From positions 1 to 57,453 of IMG/VR virus record IMGVR_UViG_3300017700_000813: a stretch of 57,453 nucleotides of DNA, one strand, 5' to 3'. The position numbers were made by a program, and so were the translations under genes. The DNA comes from a virus (Duplodnaviria > Caudoviricetes). The notes below the pieces were generated by a model. That model was not told the DNA's origin, made no database searches, and was given only the letters and a program-made list of their open reading frames with translations. This document shows, one piece after another, positions 1 through 10,436 of this stretch. The first letter of the stretch is position 1. Each line of letters opens with the position of its first letter.

Positions 1-123
1 CGCGATCGGCGCACCCGCATCGATCGCGGCGCGCTCGGCGGCGCCCATGGCGGTGCTCGACATCAGCATGCCGCTGGCGGCCGCGCCCTCCTTCGAGCGC
101 AGCCGCGCGCTCTGGATGTAGCG
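1..123. repeat. Terminal direct repeat, copy 1 (circular assembly overlap)
   Basis: Bases 1-123 are identical to 57331-57453, and a reading frame continues across the junction. Confidence 0.95.
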
Positions 124-621
124 GCCGTTCTCGTCGAGCAGCTTGCCCAGCTGCTTGGACGTCAGCTCGTTGTCGGTGACCGTCCGGTTGATCGCCGTCT
201 TGTCCGTGTCCGCCAGCCCGGCCTTGTAGTCCATGAGCTGGATCGTGCCGTAGTCGCGGGGCGGGGTCGTCGGGTTGGCCGGGCCGGTCGGGGACGGAAC
301 GTACGGCGCGGTGGCGGCGCCGGCGACCGGAGCCTTGGGCGCGGTGCCGAACGGATCCTTCGTGCCGCCAGCGCCGTCCACGGGGCGGCGAACCGGGGTC
401 GGGGTCGGGAAGTCGCCCGTGCTGGTGGTGGCGGCGGCGGGCGCGGCCGGGGCGCTGTCCTGCGGGGCGAAGGCCTTTTCCTCGACCGGGGCCGGGGGCG
501 CCTTGGCGGGCGCCATGGCCTCGCCCGGGACCGGCGGCGGCGGGACGACCGGGGTCGGGGTCGTCGTGCTCGCATCCGCCATGATCTTGCGCGCTGCCTT
601 GTACATCACGGGGCTGGCCAT
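1..621 (-). CDS. 5' part of an origin-spanning virion/ejection protein (about 437 aa; continues at 57330-56638)
   Basis: ATG at 621 overlaps the TGA of the upstream tail gene (TGATG). The frame MASPVMYKAARKIMADASTTTP... stays open to base 1 and is in frame with ORF 56638..57399. Confidence 0.75.
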   Translation of the reverse strand, partial: MASPVMYKAARKIMADASTTTPTPVVPPPPVPGEAMAPAKAPPAPVEEKAFAPQDSAPAAPAAATTSTGDFPTPTPVRRPVDGAGGTKDPFGTAPKAPVAGAATAPYVPSPTGPANPTTPPRDYGTIQLMDYKAGLADTDKTAINRTVTDNELTSKQLGKLLDENGRYIQSARLRSKEGAAASGMLMSSTAMGAAERAAIDAGAPIA

Positions 622-3600
622 CAGGTGTCTCCGGTGTGGCCGCGGCTATCGCCGCGAGCACTGATGAAGGGTTCGATGTACTGGAGGGTGTGCGGCGCCT
701 CGCGATTGGTCAAGGACTCGACCTGCAGCATGATGTCGTAGCACTCGGTGGGCATGTCGATGGCCCCCATCTTGCTGCTGCGGCGGGATCCGTTCTGGGG
801 CGTGGCCGGCTGGGTGGCGGTACCGAGCTGCGAAACCAGCTCGGCGCCCTCCGGGTACTGGCCGTTGATGCCCCGGCTCCACGTCAGGGAGGCGTAGCCG
901 CCGCTGCCGCCGAAGAAGAATCGGTCGTACTGCTTGAGCTGCGAGAGGGCGCCCGCGCTGTAGGGGTTGATCACCAGCCGGGCCGGGATGGCCTCGCCGT
1001 CGAAGCTGCGGCCCACGTCCAGCTCGAAGACGTAGCCTTCCTTCGCGCCCGTGAAGGTGATGAACAGGCGCTCGCGGCCGGAGGCGTCGACGCCGGACCA
1101 TGCGCGGCGGACCACCAGCGCGACGTCCGGGGTGCCGGCGATGTACAGGCGCTGGCGGGTGATCTCGATCCCCTCCTCGACGGCCGTCATGGTGAGCACG
1201 GCGCCGTCGCGGAAGAAGATCCGGTACTGCTGCTTGGAGCGGACGGCCAGCGCGCACACGGGGCGGAGGAACCGCTGCTCGTTGCTGATGGTCGCCTGCA
1301 GGCGTTCGCGCAGCCACGGCTCGACGGTCGCGCTCAGGTAGTTGCGCGAGGCGGCGGCGAAGCTCTCGGGCGTGTCGGCCGCGAAGATGCCGAAGTTGTC
1401 GGCGATCAGCGCGCGGCCCGGGTCGGCGAGCGTGTACTCGACCGCACCACGGCGCGGACTGATGATGCTCTTGCTGAAGACGGCCGGACTGAGGCCGCGG
1501 ATCACCGAGGTAGTTTCCTCGCCGATGACGATGAGCGCATCGCCGCCGCCGGGCGCGAGGCCCGTGAGCCGGTCGCCGGTCTCCACGGCCGTGGCACCGA
1601 AGGCGCCGCGCGTCTCGTACGGGGCGCCGACCGCACTGAACAGGACGGCACCGCTGAAGTAGCCGATGGCCAGCATGGTGCCGTGCTGCGCGATGTGGCG
1701 CGGGACGTCGACGCCGGGCGCCAGCGGCGTCCGGATCTTGATCAGGTTGGTGCCGTCGAAAGCCATCGCCGGGCCGGCGCCGCTCACGCCGTACATGGCG
1801 GAGTAGCGATCCTGCCCGAAGAAGTTGTAGCGGAACCAGTCGTACTGGCTGCGGTTGTTGTCGATCTCGAACTGCCCGGGCAGGAAGATCGGCCGATCGC
1901 GCGAGGACACGATGCCGATGATGTCGCCGCCGCCAGCGGGCGCGTTGCGGATCTCGTCGCCGACGTTGACCAACCGCGGCTTGTCCGCGTTCTTTTCGGA
2001 CGTCAGCGTGACGAAGCCGGCGCCGCTACCCTGACCGGAATCACCGGTCAGGATCTGCACGTTGATCACCGTCATCTCGACATCGGTGGTTCCGTCCCAG
2101 ACGTAGATCGGGATGCCGCCGCGCTCGGCGTAGTGGATCTTGATGGCGACGTAGTCGATGGTCGCATCGAGCGCGGTCGGCGGATCATCCTGCTCGACAA
2201 GGAACAGGACGCCGAAGCTCGGGTCGCTGATGGTCGAGTAGCCGATGTTCTCGCTACCCCACAGGTCGGAGGATCCGCCGTACGTCTCGACGGTGAGCAC
2301 GCCCGAATCGTCCCACCGGCCGGACGCCTTGTTCTCGGTGCCGCCCGTGATGCCGGTCAGGATCACCACCGCATCGCGCGCGACGCCGGCGGCGGTCGTG
2401 GTGCGCTTGATGCTCACCTCCACGCCGATGACTTCGGCGCCGGCCGGGATCGAGGAGAAGTCGAAGTCCCGGCACCACAGGGTCTGGCCGGAGGCGCCGG
2501 CGATGGCGTCGGTCACGGTGTCGTCCGCGGCAAGATCCGTGGCCGCAACGCCGTCGATCTCGCTCGTGCCCGGGTAGATCCAGTCGGTGGCCTTGATGTC
2601 GGAGGCGTCGAGGTTCGTCGCGCGCGGGGTCGACGCAAGGCCGTCCGTACCGGAGATGAAGCCCATCTCGCGGCCGAGATCCACGCGCTCCCAGCCGCTC
2701 GAGCTGGAGCGCCACAGGGCCGCCGGCGTGACCTCGGACTGCTGCGCGAACTCGGAGAGGTCGACGATCTCGCCCGGGGCGGGGGTGCCGACATCATCCT
2801 CGGCGAGCGACCAGCTGTAGGGCGCCACGCCACCGGAGACCGACAGGCCGTCGCTGTACGGGATGGTGTCGAAGCCGGAGCTGAAGGCGCCGCTGACGGG
2901 CAGCGACGTCAGGGTCGGGCTGCCGATGCCGGTGGCCACCGCGCCCGGGCTGGGCACCGGGTCGTAGGCGATGAAGCCGGCGTTGTCGCCGAGCACGCGG
3001 ACCTCGAGGATCTCGTAGAACTCGGAGTCGATCTCGATCCGCAGCCCCTCGTCGGCGTCGGTGTAGTACCCGCCCTCGAAGTAGACGCGCGGGAGGTCGC
3101 GGATGGCGTAGTTGCGGTTGTTGAACAGGAAGCCGCCGAGCACGTCGCTACCGCCGCGGCCGGGCACGGTAACGATCTCGGCACGACGGGCGACAGCCAG
3201 CGCATAGAGCGCGTCGTCGAAGGCCTCCTGAGTGCCGATCGGCGTGTCCAGCGAGGCGTAGGCGGTCACGGTGGCGGTGGCACCGACGACGGGCGCCTCG
3301 AGCTGATCGGGAAGTGCCGGGTCCGCCATGCCGCCGGCGAACACCACGCAGATCTTGGGCTGCTCGTCGGCGCTCACGTCAGTGACGTAGCCGGTGATGC
3401 CTTGGTGCGGCTGGGGCGACATCTCCTCCGCGAACTGCACGAGGTCACCGACCGCCATGGAGCCGGTGATACCCGAGGTGGTAAGCAGCAGCACGCGGAA
3501 CTCGGCGACGCCGGGCCGGCCGTCGAAACGCTCGAAGCCATCGATGCGGGTGTAGCCGCGGCGACTGGCTACCTCGTAGTTCAGGCAGTCGGCCAGCGTG

Positions 3601-3674
3601 CCCGGCCGCGTCATCGGCGACGGCGTGGTGAGATCCAGACCGCCCAGCAGCGGGATCGCCGGCCCACGACTCAC
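621..3674 (-). CDS. Tail tubular/nozzle protein B-like (1017 aa)
   Basis: Large beta-rich protein (GGLDLTTP...CLNYEV...GYTRIDGFERFDG) directly after the tubular A-like gene. Contains an inserted Ig-like segment (YSDGLSVSGGVAPYSWSL). Confidence 0.65.
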   Translation of the reverse strand: MSRGPAIPLLGGLDLTTPSPMTRPGTLADCLNYEVASRRGYTRIDGFERFDGRPGVAEFRVLLLTTSGITGSMAVGDLVQFAEEMSPQPHQGITGYVTDVSADEQPKICVVFAGGMADPALPDQLEAPVVGATATVTAYASLDTPIGTQEAFDDALYALAVARRAEIVTVPGRGGSDVLGGFLFNNRNYAIRDLPRVYFEGGYYTDADEGLRIEIDSEFYEILEVRVLGDNAGFIAYDPVPSPGAVATGIGSPTLTSLPVSGAFSSGFDTIPYSDGLSVSGGVAPYSWSLAEDDVGTPAPGEIVDLSEFAQQSEVTPAALWRSSSSGWERVDLGREMGFISGTDGLASTPRATNLDASDIKATDWIYPGTSEIDGVAATDLAADDTVTDAIAGASGQTLWCRDFDFSSIPAGAEVIGVEVSIKRTTTAAGVARDAVVILTGITGGTENKASGRWDDSGVLTVETYGGSSDLWGSENIGYSTISDPSFGVLFLVEQDDPPTALDATIDYVAIKIHYAERGGIPIYVWDGTTDVEMTVINVQILTGDSGQGSGAGFVTLTSEKNADKPRLVNVGDEIRNAPAGGGDIIGIVSSRDRPIFLPGQFEIDNNRSQYDWFRYNFFGQDRYSAMYGVSGAGPAMAFDGTNLIKIRTPLAPGVDVPRHIAQHGTMLAIGYFSGAVLFSAVGAPYETRGAFGATAVETGDRLTGLAPGGGDALIVIGEETTSVIRGLSPAVFSKSIISPRRGAVEYTLADPGRALIADNFGIFAADTPESFAAASRNYLSATVEPWLRERLQATISNEQRFLRPVCALAVRSKQQYRIFFRDGAVLTMTAVEEGIEITRQRLYIAGTPDVALVVRRAWSGVDASGRERLFITFTGAKEGYVFELDVGRSFDGEAIPARLVINPYSAGALSQLKQYDRFFFGGSGGYASLTWSRGINGQYPEGAELVSQLGTATQPATPQNGSRRSSKMGAIDMPTECYDIMLQVESLTNREAPHTLQYIEPFISARGDSRGHTGDT

Positions 3675-4369
3675 GGGCGGACCTCGACGCAGAGGATCTC
3701 GTCCAGCTCCTCGAGCAGCAGCTTCTGCATCTCGCGCTTGAGCTGCACGCCGGACTTGGCTAGCAGGTCATTCGCGTCGCGCGTGGTGCAGTAGTAGTTC
3801 TTGATCGCCCACCACACGATGGCCATGTGGAAGCGCGGCTTCATGATGGGGGAGTCGGTGTCTTGGGTCAGCGTCTGCGGCAGTCGACGGTAGTCGAAGC
3901 GCAGCGTGTACGCGAAATCGGCATTGATGTCGAACTCCAGCTGCGCGTCAGGGCGGAGCGTGAAGCGGGACGGCATGCCGGTACCGCGATCGCCGCGGGC
4001 AAGGTAGCTCTGCTGCCAGTCCTGATAGGGGACGTAGCGCACCACCTGCTCATCGGCAACGCTGTCGCGGTACATGGTGATGAAGCGGCCACGGCCCTCG
4101 GAGTCGGAGACAAGGATCGAATCGAGATCCGAGATCGCCGCCGTGGAAACGCGGATGCCACCCTGCGGCAGCACCAGCGTCCCGTTCTTGACCATGAACC
4201 GCCAGCGGGGCTGGTCGTTCTGGATGTCCTCCCACGCGCGGGCGATGAAGAACACCAGCTCACCCAAGATGCCCGTTTGCGCCACCGTCGTTTGCGGCTG
4301 GACGCCGAGGGCACCCTGCCCAATGCGAAGGGTCTGGTGCAGGGTCTGGGTGAGCTGGAGGTAATTCAC
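3671..4369 (-). CDS. Tail tubular protein A / head-tail adaptor
   Basis: MNYLQL... start, AWEDIQ...WRFM and D-x-P-x-x-x-x-x-FH-x-AIV motifs typical of podovirus adaptors; position after the capsid module. Confidence 0.7.
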   Translation of the reverse strand: MNYLQLTQTLHQTLRIGQGALGVQPQTTVAQTGILGELVFFIARAWEDIQNDQPRWRFMVKNGTLVLPQGGIRVSTAAISDLDSILVSDSEGRGRFITMYRDSVADEQVVRYVPYQDWQQSYLARGDRGTGMPSRFTLRPDAQLEFDINADFAYTLRFDYRRLPQTLTQDTDSPIMKPRFHMAIVWWAIKNYYCTTRDANDLLAKSGVQLKREMQKLLLEELDEILCVEVRP

Positions 4370-5136
4370 GCTTCGGCTTCCTTTTCAGCGACGGCGTCAA
4401 CCACGGCAGCGTGGCCCCACAGGAAAACGTAGATGTCGGAGATCAGCTCCTCGTCGGACTTCGAGGTCTTCATCACGTCGCCCTTGGTGACCGTGATCTC
4501 GAGCAGGCTGCAGATGGACTGCAGCTCGCGCGTGGTGCGCCGCTTGAACCAGCTCGGGGCGTTGGTCTGGTACCACTCGGTGATCGAGCCGGCACGATCC
4601 GCGGTCAACGGGTCATCACCGTAGTCGATGATCGGCATGTCGGTGAACTCCCACTTCGTGGTGATCTCCGAATTGGGATCGCTCTTGTCGACCTTTTCCG
4701 CGCTGACGATCTTGCGCTTGCGATCGACCAGCGCCATGTAGATCGGGAACGGCACGTCGGTGGTTTCGTCGTACGCGATCCAGTACGGGGCCTTGCCGTT
4801 GACGCTCACGCACTCGGCGCGGGCGAGCTTGGAACCCTGCGGGCGGGGGACGCGGATCCGGCGGCGCCTGCCGCCCCACAGGCCGTTCGGGGACAGGTTG
4901 TAGGGCGGGCGGATGTGCTCGCCGGCGAAGGTCGCACGCGACGGCGCCTTGCGCTCCTGCTGCCCGGCGGGATCCACCAGACCCATGGCGGCGAGCACCT
5001 TGGCGCGGAGCTTGTTCTGGTCGTCGTTGCTCTCGAAAGGCTCACCCAGCTCGGTGAGGTATCGCTGCAGCTCGCTGGTCGTCGACTGCGCAAAGCGCGT
5101 CTCCGCCGCCTGTTGGATGGTGATCTCGTTCGACAT
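4366..5136 (-). CDS. Hypothetical virion-module protein
   Basis: 256-aa ORF with GGAGA RBS, overlapping the next gene. Confidence 0.7.
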   Translation of the reverse strand: MSNEITIQQAAETRFAQSTTSELQRYLTELGEPFESNDDQNKLRAKVLAAMGLVDPAGQQERKAPSRATFAGEHIRPPYNLSPNGLWGGRRRRIRVPRPQGSKLARAECVSVNGKAPYWIAYDETTDVPFPIYMALVDRKRKIVSAEKVDKSDPNSEITTKWEFTDMPIIDYGDDPLTADRAGSITEWYQTNAPSWFKRRTTRELQSICSLLEITVTKGDVMKTSKSDEELISDIYVFLWGHAAVVDAVAEKEAEA

Positions 5137-5162
5137 GCTGGTCTCCGGGTGCGGATAAGGGA

Positions 5163-5184
5163 ACGGCCCCCCGCAGGGGGCCGT
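5163..5184 (-). other. GC hairpin in the intergenic leader (possible weak terminator or leader stem)
   Basis: ACGGCCCCC-CGCA-GGGGGCCGT inverted repeat; a TAATAT hexamer lies just upstream on the minus strand. Confidence 0.4.
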
Positions 5185-5221
5185 GCCCGATATTACCGCC
5201 AGACGCCGCTAAGCGCAGGGC

Positions 5222-5698
5222 TTAGTTGTTGCCCGGGAGGTACGACTCGATCAGGAACGTGTGGGTGGCCGAGACTTCGGCCGCGCCCGCGGTCGGGGTC
5301 AGGATCAGGTCGTCGCCCTCGGCCGCCACGGAGGCGATCGCCAGCGCAGCCGCTTCGGTGACCTCGAAGGCCGCGGTGGCCTGCATGCCGGTGCTGGCCG
5401 ACGCGAAGGCCGTGGCCGAGCCGAGGCGGAAGCCGAGGTTGAAGGTGAAGTCGTTGGCCACGTCCGGGTCGCCCGAGCGCACGTTGGTGATGCGCTTGAT
5501 GCGCTCGCCCGCCACGAAGCCACCGGCGATGTACAGGATGTCGTTCAGCGACGCCGAGGCGTTGTACGTCAGGGTGCCGGTGAAGGTGTGGTGGCGGAGG
5601 ACGGCCTGACCCGGGCGCTCGACGTGCGGGCCGCGGTAGAGGTAGGTGGTGGAGTTGGCGTTCGGGACGAGGCCGTAGCCGGAGCTGTACTTGGGCAT
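5222..5698 (-). CDS. Putative capsid decoration/cement protein
   Basis: 158-aa beta-rich protein immediately downstream of the major capsid gene. Confidence 0.55.
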   Translation of the reverse strand: MPKYSSGYGLVPNANSTTYLYRGPHVERPGQAVLRHHTFTGTLTYNASASLNDILYIAGGFVAGERIKRITNVRSGDPDVANDFTFNLGFRLGSATAFASASTGMQATAAFEVTEAAALAIASVAAEGDDLILTPTAGAAEVSATHTFLIESYLPGNN

Positions 5699-5767
5699 GA
5701 TCGTGGTGCCTTCTGGAATGAGGGGGTTTGAACCGATGGCCCCGGCGCTAGGCCGGGGCCGTCAGGG

Positions 5768-6799
5768 TCAGCTGACGTTGTCCGTCGCGCCGGCCTCGAT
5801 GCGCTGCACATGCAGCTGCTGCAGGATCACCGGGGCATCCCACCAGCGGCAGGACACGAGCCGGCGCTGGTTGGTCGGGTCGGACTTGTCGGCCTTGTCG
5901 AGCACGTTCATCTCGACGGCACCCATGCCGCTCTGGCTGGCGCCGCGCAGCGAGCACTTGCCGAGGGCCTCCATGCCGAAGATGACGTAGCTGTAGACGT
6001 CGATGTTGACGCCGCCGGCCGAGCGCATGTTGGTCGCACCGACCGCCGCGCCCTCGCCGAAGAACGGCTCGAACTCGGGGGAGGTGATGAACATCACGTC
6101 ATCGACCTGACCGAACAGCTGCGGCAGGTTGCGCGAGGCGCCGCCGATCTGGGCCAGCGGGACGAAGCCGGGCAGCGCGCGGATGTCCGGGCGGCAGTCG
6201 GTGTGGCACAGGGCGAGGTAGGCCGCTTCCATCGCGGTCGTGCCCTGATTCACCGAGCCGTTGGAGATCTGGCGGATGTACGGCGCGCGGTTGTTGGTCA
6301 GCGAGCGCACGGCCACGCGGATGCGGCCCAGCGTGATCGGGCCGTTGACCTGCGAGCGGGTGCTGTGCGCCGAGCTGTTGAAGATGCGCTGGGTGCCGTT
6401 GCGGTACTCGAACCACGCGTTCTTTTCGCGGGTGCGCTTCATCAGGTCGACGATGCGGTCCTTGGAGTCGGCCAGCACGTCGGACTCGCCCAGCTCAGCC
6501 TGACGGCTGGTCACGGCGAACGTCTCGGCGAACTCCTCGAACGTGGTCTGCACGTTCTCGTAGGTCAGCGAACGCTGCGACGGGTTGACGCCCTCGGCCA
6601 CCTCGGTGGTGCGCGGCTCGGGGGTGACCGAACGCTGCATGTTCACCAGCTCCGACTTGTTCATCGGGACCGGGATGACCTTGACGAGGCGATCCAGCAC
6701 CTCGACGACGTCGATGGACTTGAGGATCTTGCCGAGGTTGTAGAGGTTGGTCGGGTTGCCTGCGGCGGCGGAACCGGCCTGATAGCTGTTGATCGACAT
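5768..6799 (-). CDS. Major capsid protein (N4-gp56 family)
   Basis: 343 aa; P(M)NKS, EGVNP, CHTDCRPDIRALPGFVP and DKSDPTNQR motifs characteristic of N4-gp56-type capsid proteins; follows the scaffold gene. Confidence 0.88.
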   Translation of the reverse strand: MSINSYQAGSAAAGNPTNLYNLGKILKSIDVVEVLDRLVKVIPVPMNKSELVNMQRSVTPEPRTTEVAEGVNPSQRSLTYENVQTTFEEFAETFAVTSRQAELGESDVLADSKDRIVDLMKRTREKNAWFEYRNGTQRIFNSSAHSTRSQVNGPITLGRIRVAVRSLTNNRAPYIRQISNGSVNQGTTAMEAAYLALCHTDCRPDIRALPGFVPLAQIGGASRNLPQLFGQVDDVMFITSPEFEPFFGEGAAVGATNMRSAGGVNIDVYSYVIFGMEALGKCSLRGASQSGMGAVEMNVLDKADKSDPTNQRRLVSCRWWDAPVILQQLHVQRIEAGATDNVS

Positions 6800-6817
6800 G
6801 GTGGTTGCCTGCTGTAG

Positions 6818-7864
6818 TTAGTCGGGGGATTTGAGGCCTGCGAGGAAAGCCTGCTCGGGCGTCATCAGGTCGAGTCGAACCCGCGAAATGGGCGGGGTGG
6901 AACCGACGCTGGGAGCCACGGACAGAGCCAGTCGCGCGGGGGGCGTGGTGGGCTTCGGGTCAGGGACCGTGGGCGTCGTCGCCGGCTGCGCGTTGGTGAT
7001 GCCGCGATCGCGCTTGAACTCGGTCAGCCGCTTGGCCGTGAACTCGGGATCGGACAGGTAGCGCGCAACGACCTTGGGATCCGCGAACCGTTCCTGCACG
7101 AAGTCCGGCTGCTGGGGCAGGTAGACCTCGTCGAACCAGTTGCTGAAATCATCGCCTTCGTTGTACTGCTTCCAATCCGGGTGGACGGACTCCAGCTGGG
7201 AGATGCGAGCGTTGTAGTCCTCGATCTTCTGCTGTTTCTCGACCTTCCCGATGATCGGCTCGAAGCGGGTGCTGAGCGTCTGCACCGCCGCATCAACCTG
7301 CCGCTTGGCAATCTTCTCGGCAGCCTCGAGGACGCGGCGGTTGTTCGCCTTCCAGACCTTGGCCTCTTCAGGGAAGGTCTTTTCCCACTCGGCAAACTCG
7401 GGCGTGGCCAGCTGAGCGTCGAGTTCCTCGACGGTCTGCGGAGCTTGCTCGAGCGCGGCAGGTGCGGCCGGGGCCGCGGGCGGTGCGCGTTCGTAGCTGG
7501 CGAGCTTCTGCTGAAGCGGCCTGAGCTTCCCGGCCATCGAGGCGTGGTCGTTGCGCGCTTGCGCAAGTTCCTCCTGCAACTTCCGGTTAGCAGACTGGGT
7601 CTCGATGTAGCGGTTCCGGATGTCCTCGGGAAGCGCCGCGAGCCACTCGTCTTCGGCCGAAGGCTGGGCCGCGTTTTCCGTGGTGTCAAGCCCCTCGATG
7701 GGGGTCGTCTGACCTTCGTCGGCGGGCGCCTGCTCGGCCGGCGGGGTGGCCTCGGGCGCGGCCGCCGGCGGCTCGGTCTGGGTTTCGGGCACGTCGCCAC
7801 CGTCGGCGAGGCCGGCGCGGAAGGCTTCTTCTTCGGACATCTGGCTCAGGTCAGGGTTCATCAT
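6818..7864 (-). CDS. Capsid scaffolding protein
   Basis: Acidic, Pro/Ala-rich N-terminus, coiled coil and HPDW motif; lies between portal and major capsid. Confidence 0.7.
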   Translation of the reverse strand: MMNPDLSQMSEEEAFRAGLADGGDVPETQTEPPAAAPEATPPAEQAPADEGQTTPIEGLDTTENAAQPSAEDEWLAALPEDIRNRYIETQSANRKLQEELAQARNDHASMAGKLRPLQQKLASYERAPPAAPAAPAALEQAPQTVEELDAQLATPEFAEWEKTFPEEAKVWKANNRRVLEAAEKIAKRQVDAAVQTLSTRFEPIIGKVEKQQKIEDYNARISQLESVHPDWKQYNEGDDFSNWFDEVYLPQQPDFVQERFADPKVVARYLSDPEFTAKRLTEFKRDRGITNAQPATTPTVPDPKPTTPPARLALSVAPSVGSTPPISRVRLDLMTPEQAFLAGLKSPD

Positions 7865-8063
7865 GGGGTAGATCCTCTGCAGTGGAATTGAGTAGCGCCT
7901 TCAGCTCGGCGATGCGGGCGCGGATCGCGGGGATCTTCTCCACCGGGACCATCTCGCTCTCGAGCTGACTGCGGTACTTCGTCAGGCGCGCTTGGCACCA
8001 GCCTTCAATCTCCGCCCATGCGAGCGAAGATTTGGGGATCTTGATGGGAGGGATGTCGCTCAT
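7851..8063 (-). CDS. Small conserved head-module protein
   Basis: 70 aa ending IRARIAELKALL; overlaps the portal stop codon. Confidence 0.65.
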   Translation of the reverse strand: MSDIPPIKIPKSSLAWAEIEGWCQARLTKYRSQLESEMVPVEKIPAIRARIAELKALLNSTAEDLPHDEP

Positions 8064-10435
8064 GCGAGGCGCGGACCCGGGTTCGGATTACGGGACTCGA
8101 CCTCGATCTCGCGCTCCATCTTCTCGCGGTCGAAGTCCAGCTTGATGGCGCCCTCCGCCGCCTTCATGCCGGCCACGCGAGTCTGGGTGGCGTTGCGATC
8201 GGCTTCCTTCGCCATGTCGGCCTGCATCTGCATGATGCGGGCCTGCGCGTCGGCGTCGAACCCGGCGAGCGCGGCCTGCAGGTTGGTGGCCGCGATGCGC
8301 TCGCGGCTCTCGCGGTCGGCGATGCTGTCCTCGTAGTCCATGGCGCGGTCCTGCGCCTCGAGCTGCAGCATGCCCTCGGAACGCTTCGCGTCCGTCTGCG
8401 CCTCGACCGCGCGTGCATCGGCGACCTTGACCGCGGCTTCGGCCTTGAGCATGTTCGGATCCGGAGCCGGCTTCTCGGCGGCCATCTTTTCCTCGAACTC
8501 TTCTTCGGTCATGAGGAAGCGAGCGGTCTCGATGTCAAGGATCTTCAGGCCCTCCTCCGCCCACGCATCCATCTTCATGCGCGGCTGCAGCAGCGGATTG
8601 GAGCTGTACAGATTGAGTGCCGTCATGAAGTTCTGGGCTTGGATGTCCTTGACCAGCAGGTGAGAGCTGGCCCGGGCGATGATCCTGTAGTCACCTTTGG
8701 CGCCGTCATCGCCGTACTCCATGTTCCAGTCGTAGTGGCCCTGAATCATCGGGGTCGTCATCGACGCGTCGTAGCGGGCGGCCAGTCGGCGCTGCACGAT
8801 GTTGGACGCATTCATCAGCATGGCCAGACCGGAGCTGGTGGGTACGGCCTGCGACGGCTCACCCTGCGCGATGAGCGGGAGCATCACCTGCTCCTGCCCG
8901 TTCTGCTTCGCGCGCTCGTACACGGGCATGGTGGTGGCCGCCGTGCTCGGGATCGTGAAGACCTGAATGGCCTTGGTGATGTCCTCGACGTCGGAACCGA
9001 AGGCCCACACGCGCGGCTTGGTGCAACGCAGGTCGGTCGTGCCGCTGCCCGGGGCGTTGGGCACCAGCGCGCCCTTGATGACGCCGATCTGCGGGGAGCT
9101 GGACATGATCGTGTTGAGCATGATCGCCGCCCACAGCATGCGGACGCTGCGCTGCGGGTCGCGCAGCAGGCGCGGCACGCCGCGGCCGAACGGAGCGGCC
9201 TCGCGCTCCTCGAAGACGAAGAACTTGTACAGGCAATACTGGTGATCGATCGGGCTGATCGCGACCTTCATCACGATTCCCTGCGACATCCAGACGTTGC
9301 AGTGAAGGTGCAGCGCGTTGCTCTCCTCGATGGCGGCGAGGATCTGCTGGCTCTGCTCGTCGCTCATCTTCGACTCGGCCAGCAGCTGGTCGACGAAGAT
9401 CAGGACCGCCTCGCGCGGCATCTCGCCGTTGTACTCGAACACGGCGTAGAGGTCGTTTCGCGTCAGCAGCGTGTTCGCGTCCAGCATCTTCAGCGCGGTC
9501 TGGGTCTGGGCCAGCGTGTCCCACACCGGGGCCTGCTTGAGCAGGCGGCCGACCTGCTCGCTCGAGAAGCCGGGCTGGATCCGCAGCTCCGAGACCTTCT
9601 TGGCCGACATCTCATGCAGCTCGAACACGCCGGGGCAGTCGTCGATGCGGCGGCACGGGCGCGGGTAGACCATCCACGGATCCACGCGGGTGGTCTTCGG
9701 CGAGGTCATGATCTCCTCGACCACGGCCTTGTAGCCCTTGCCGGCCTCGTAGCGGCGGCGCTTGGTCGCCTGCGCGAACGGCCCCTTCATCACGCCGTGG
9801 CCGATCTTGCAGGCGTCCATGATGACCTCGCGGCCATGGTCGTTGTACCGGCTCTCGCTGAGCTGGTCGTCGATCTGGGTGCGCATCTTGGCCGCGCGCT
9901 TTCGGGCTACGGCAAGAATCAGCTCGTCGACCATCTCCTCGGGGACGCCGTTGCCGTCCGGTCCCTTGCGGATGCTCTCCACGATTTCCGGCGGCAGCTC
10001 CGGCTTCGGGGTCTGGTCGATGTCCCAGTTGCGATCGTTGGTCGGGTAGATCATGTCGCCGAGGCGCGCGGCGAAGGTGATCGTCGCCGGGCGCGTGATG
10101 TTGTCGGTGACCGAGCGGTACTCCTCCTCGGAGGTGTCGGCCTTGGTGGGGCCAGCCGAGCGGCCGCCGTCGACGTCGCCGTCCTCGAACTGGCGGATGT
10201 CGTCGATCCACTCGCCCTCGAATGGGGCGCGGAACTGCACAGCCTCCTGCAGGTGGCCCATCAGGGTGGTGCCGATCGAGTCCATGTGCGCGCGGCGAGC
10301 GGCGCGCTTGCGCTCGATCTCTTCCTGCAGCAGCGCCGCCTCTTCTTCGCTCAGCTCCTCGCCGGCGATCTGGGTGGCGTCCTGCACGGCCTCGCGCTCA
10401 GCGGCTTCGTCGCCCTCAAGGATTTTCTGCTGCAT
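8060..10435 (-). CDS. Portal protein
   Basis: 791 aa after TerL; NITRP, IDDQLSE, GHGVMKGP, RVDPW-x-x-YP and PFGRGVP motifs; C-terminal coiled coil. Confidence 0.85.
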   Translation of the reverse strand: MQQKILEGDEAAEREAVQDATQIAGEELSEEEAALLQEEIERKRAARRAHMDSIGTTLMGHLQEAVQFRAPFEGEWIDDIRQFEDGDVDGGRSAGPTKADTSEEEYRSVTDNITRPATITFAARLGDMIYPTNDRNWDIDQTPKPELPPEIVESIRKGPDGNGVPEEMVDELILAVARKRAAKMRTQIDDQLSESRYNDHGREVIMDACKIGHGVMKGPFAQATKRRRYEAGKGYKAVVEEIMTSPKTTRVDPWMVYPRPCRRIDDCPGVFELHEMSAKKVSELRIQPGFSSEQVGRLLKQAPVWDTLAQTQTALKMLDANTLLTRNDLYAVFEYNGEMPREAVLIFVDQLLAESKMSDEQSQQILAAIEESNALHLHCNVWMSQGIVMKVAISPIDHQYCLYKFFVFEEREAAPFGRGVPRLLRDPQRSVRMLWAAIMLNTIMSSSPQIGVIKGALVPNAPGSGTTDLRCTKPRVWAFGSDVEDITKAIQVFTIPSTAATTMPVYERAKQNGQEQVMLPLIAQGEPSQAVPTSSGLAMLMNASNIVQRRLAARYDASMTTPMIQGHYDWNMEYGDDGAKGDYRIIARASSHLLVKDIQAQNFMTALNLYSSNPLLQPRMKMDAWAEEGLKILDIETARFLMTEEEFEEKMAAEKPAPDPNMLKAEAAVKVADARAVEAQTDAKRSEGMLQLEAQDRAMDYEDSIADRESRERIAATNLQAALAGFDADAQARIMQMQADMAKEADRNATQTRVAGMKAAEGAIKLDFDREKMEREIEVESRNPNPGPRLA

Positions 10436-10436
10436 G

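Noticed and set aside
1-123. Biological terminal repeat of the packaged genome
   Set aside because: It falls mid-gene and is most simply an assembler overlap of a circular contig. True termini need read data.
5705-5767. tRNA-like sequence after the capsid gene
   Set aside because: Only a single GC hairpin (GGCCCCGGC/GCCGGGGCC); no cloverleaf.
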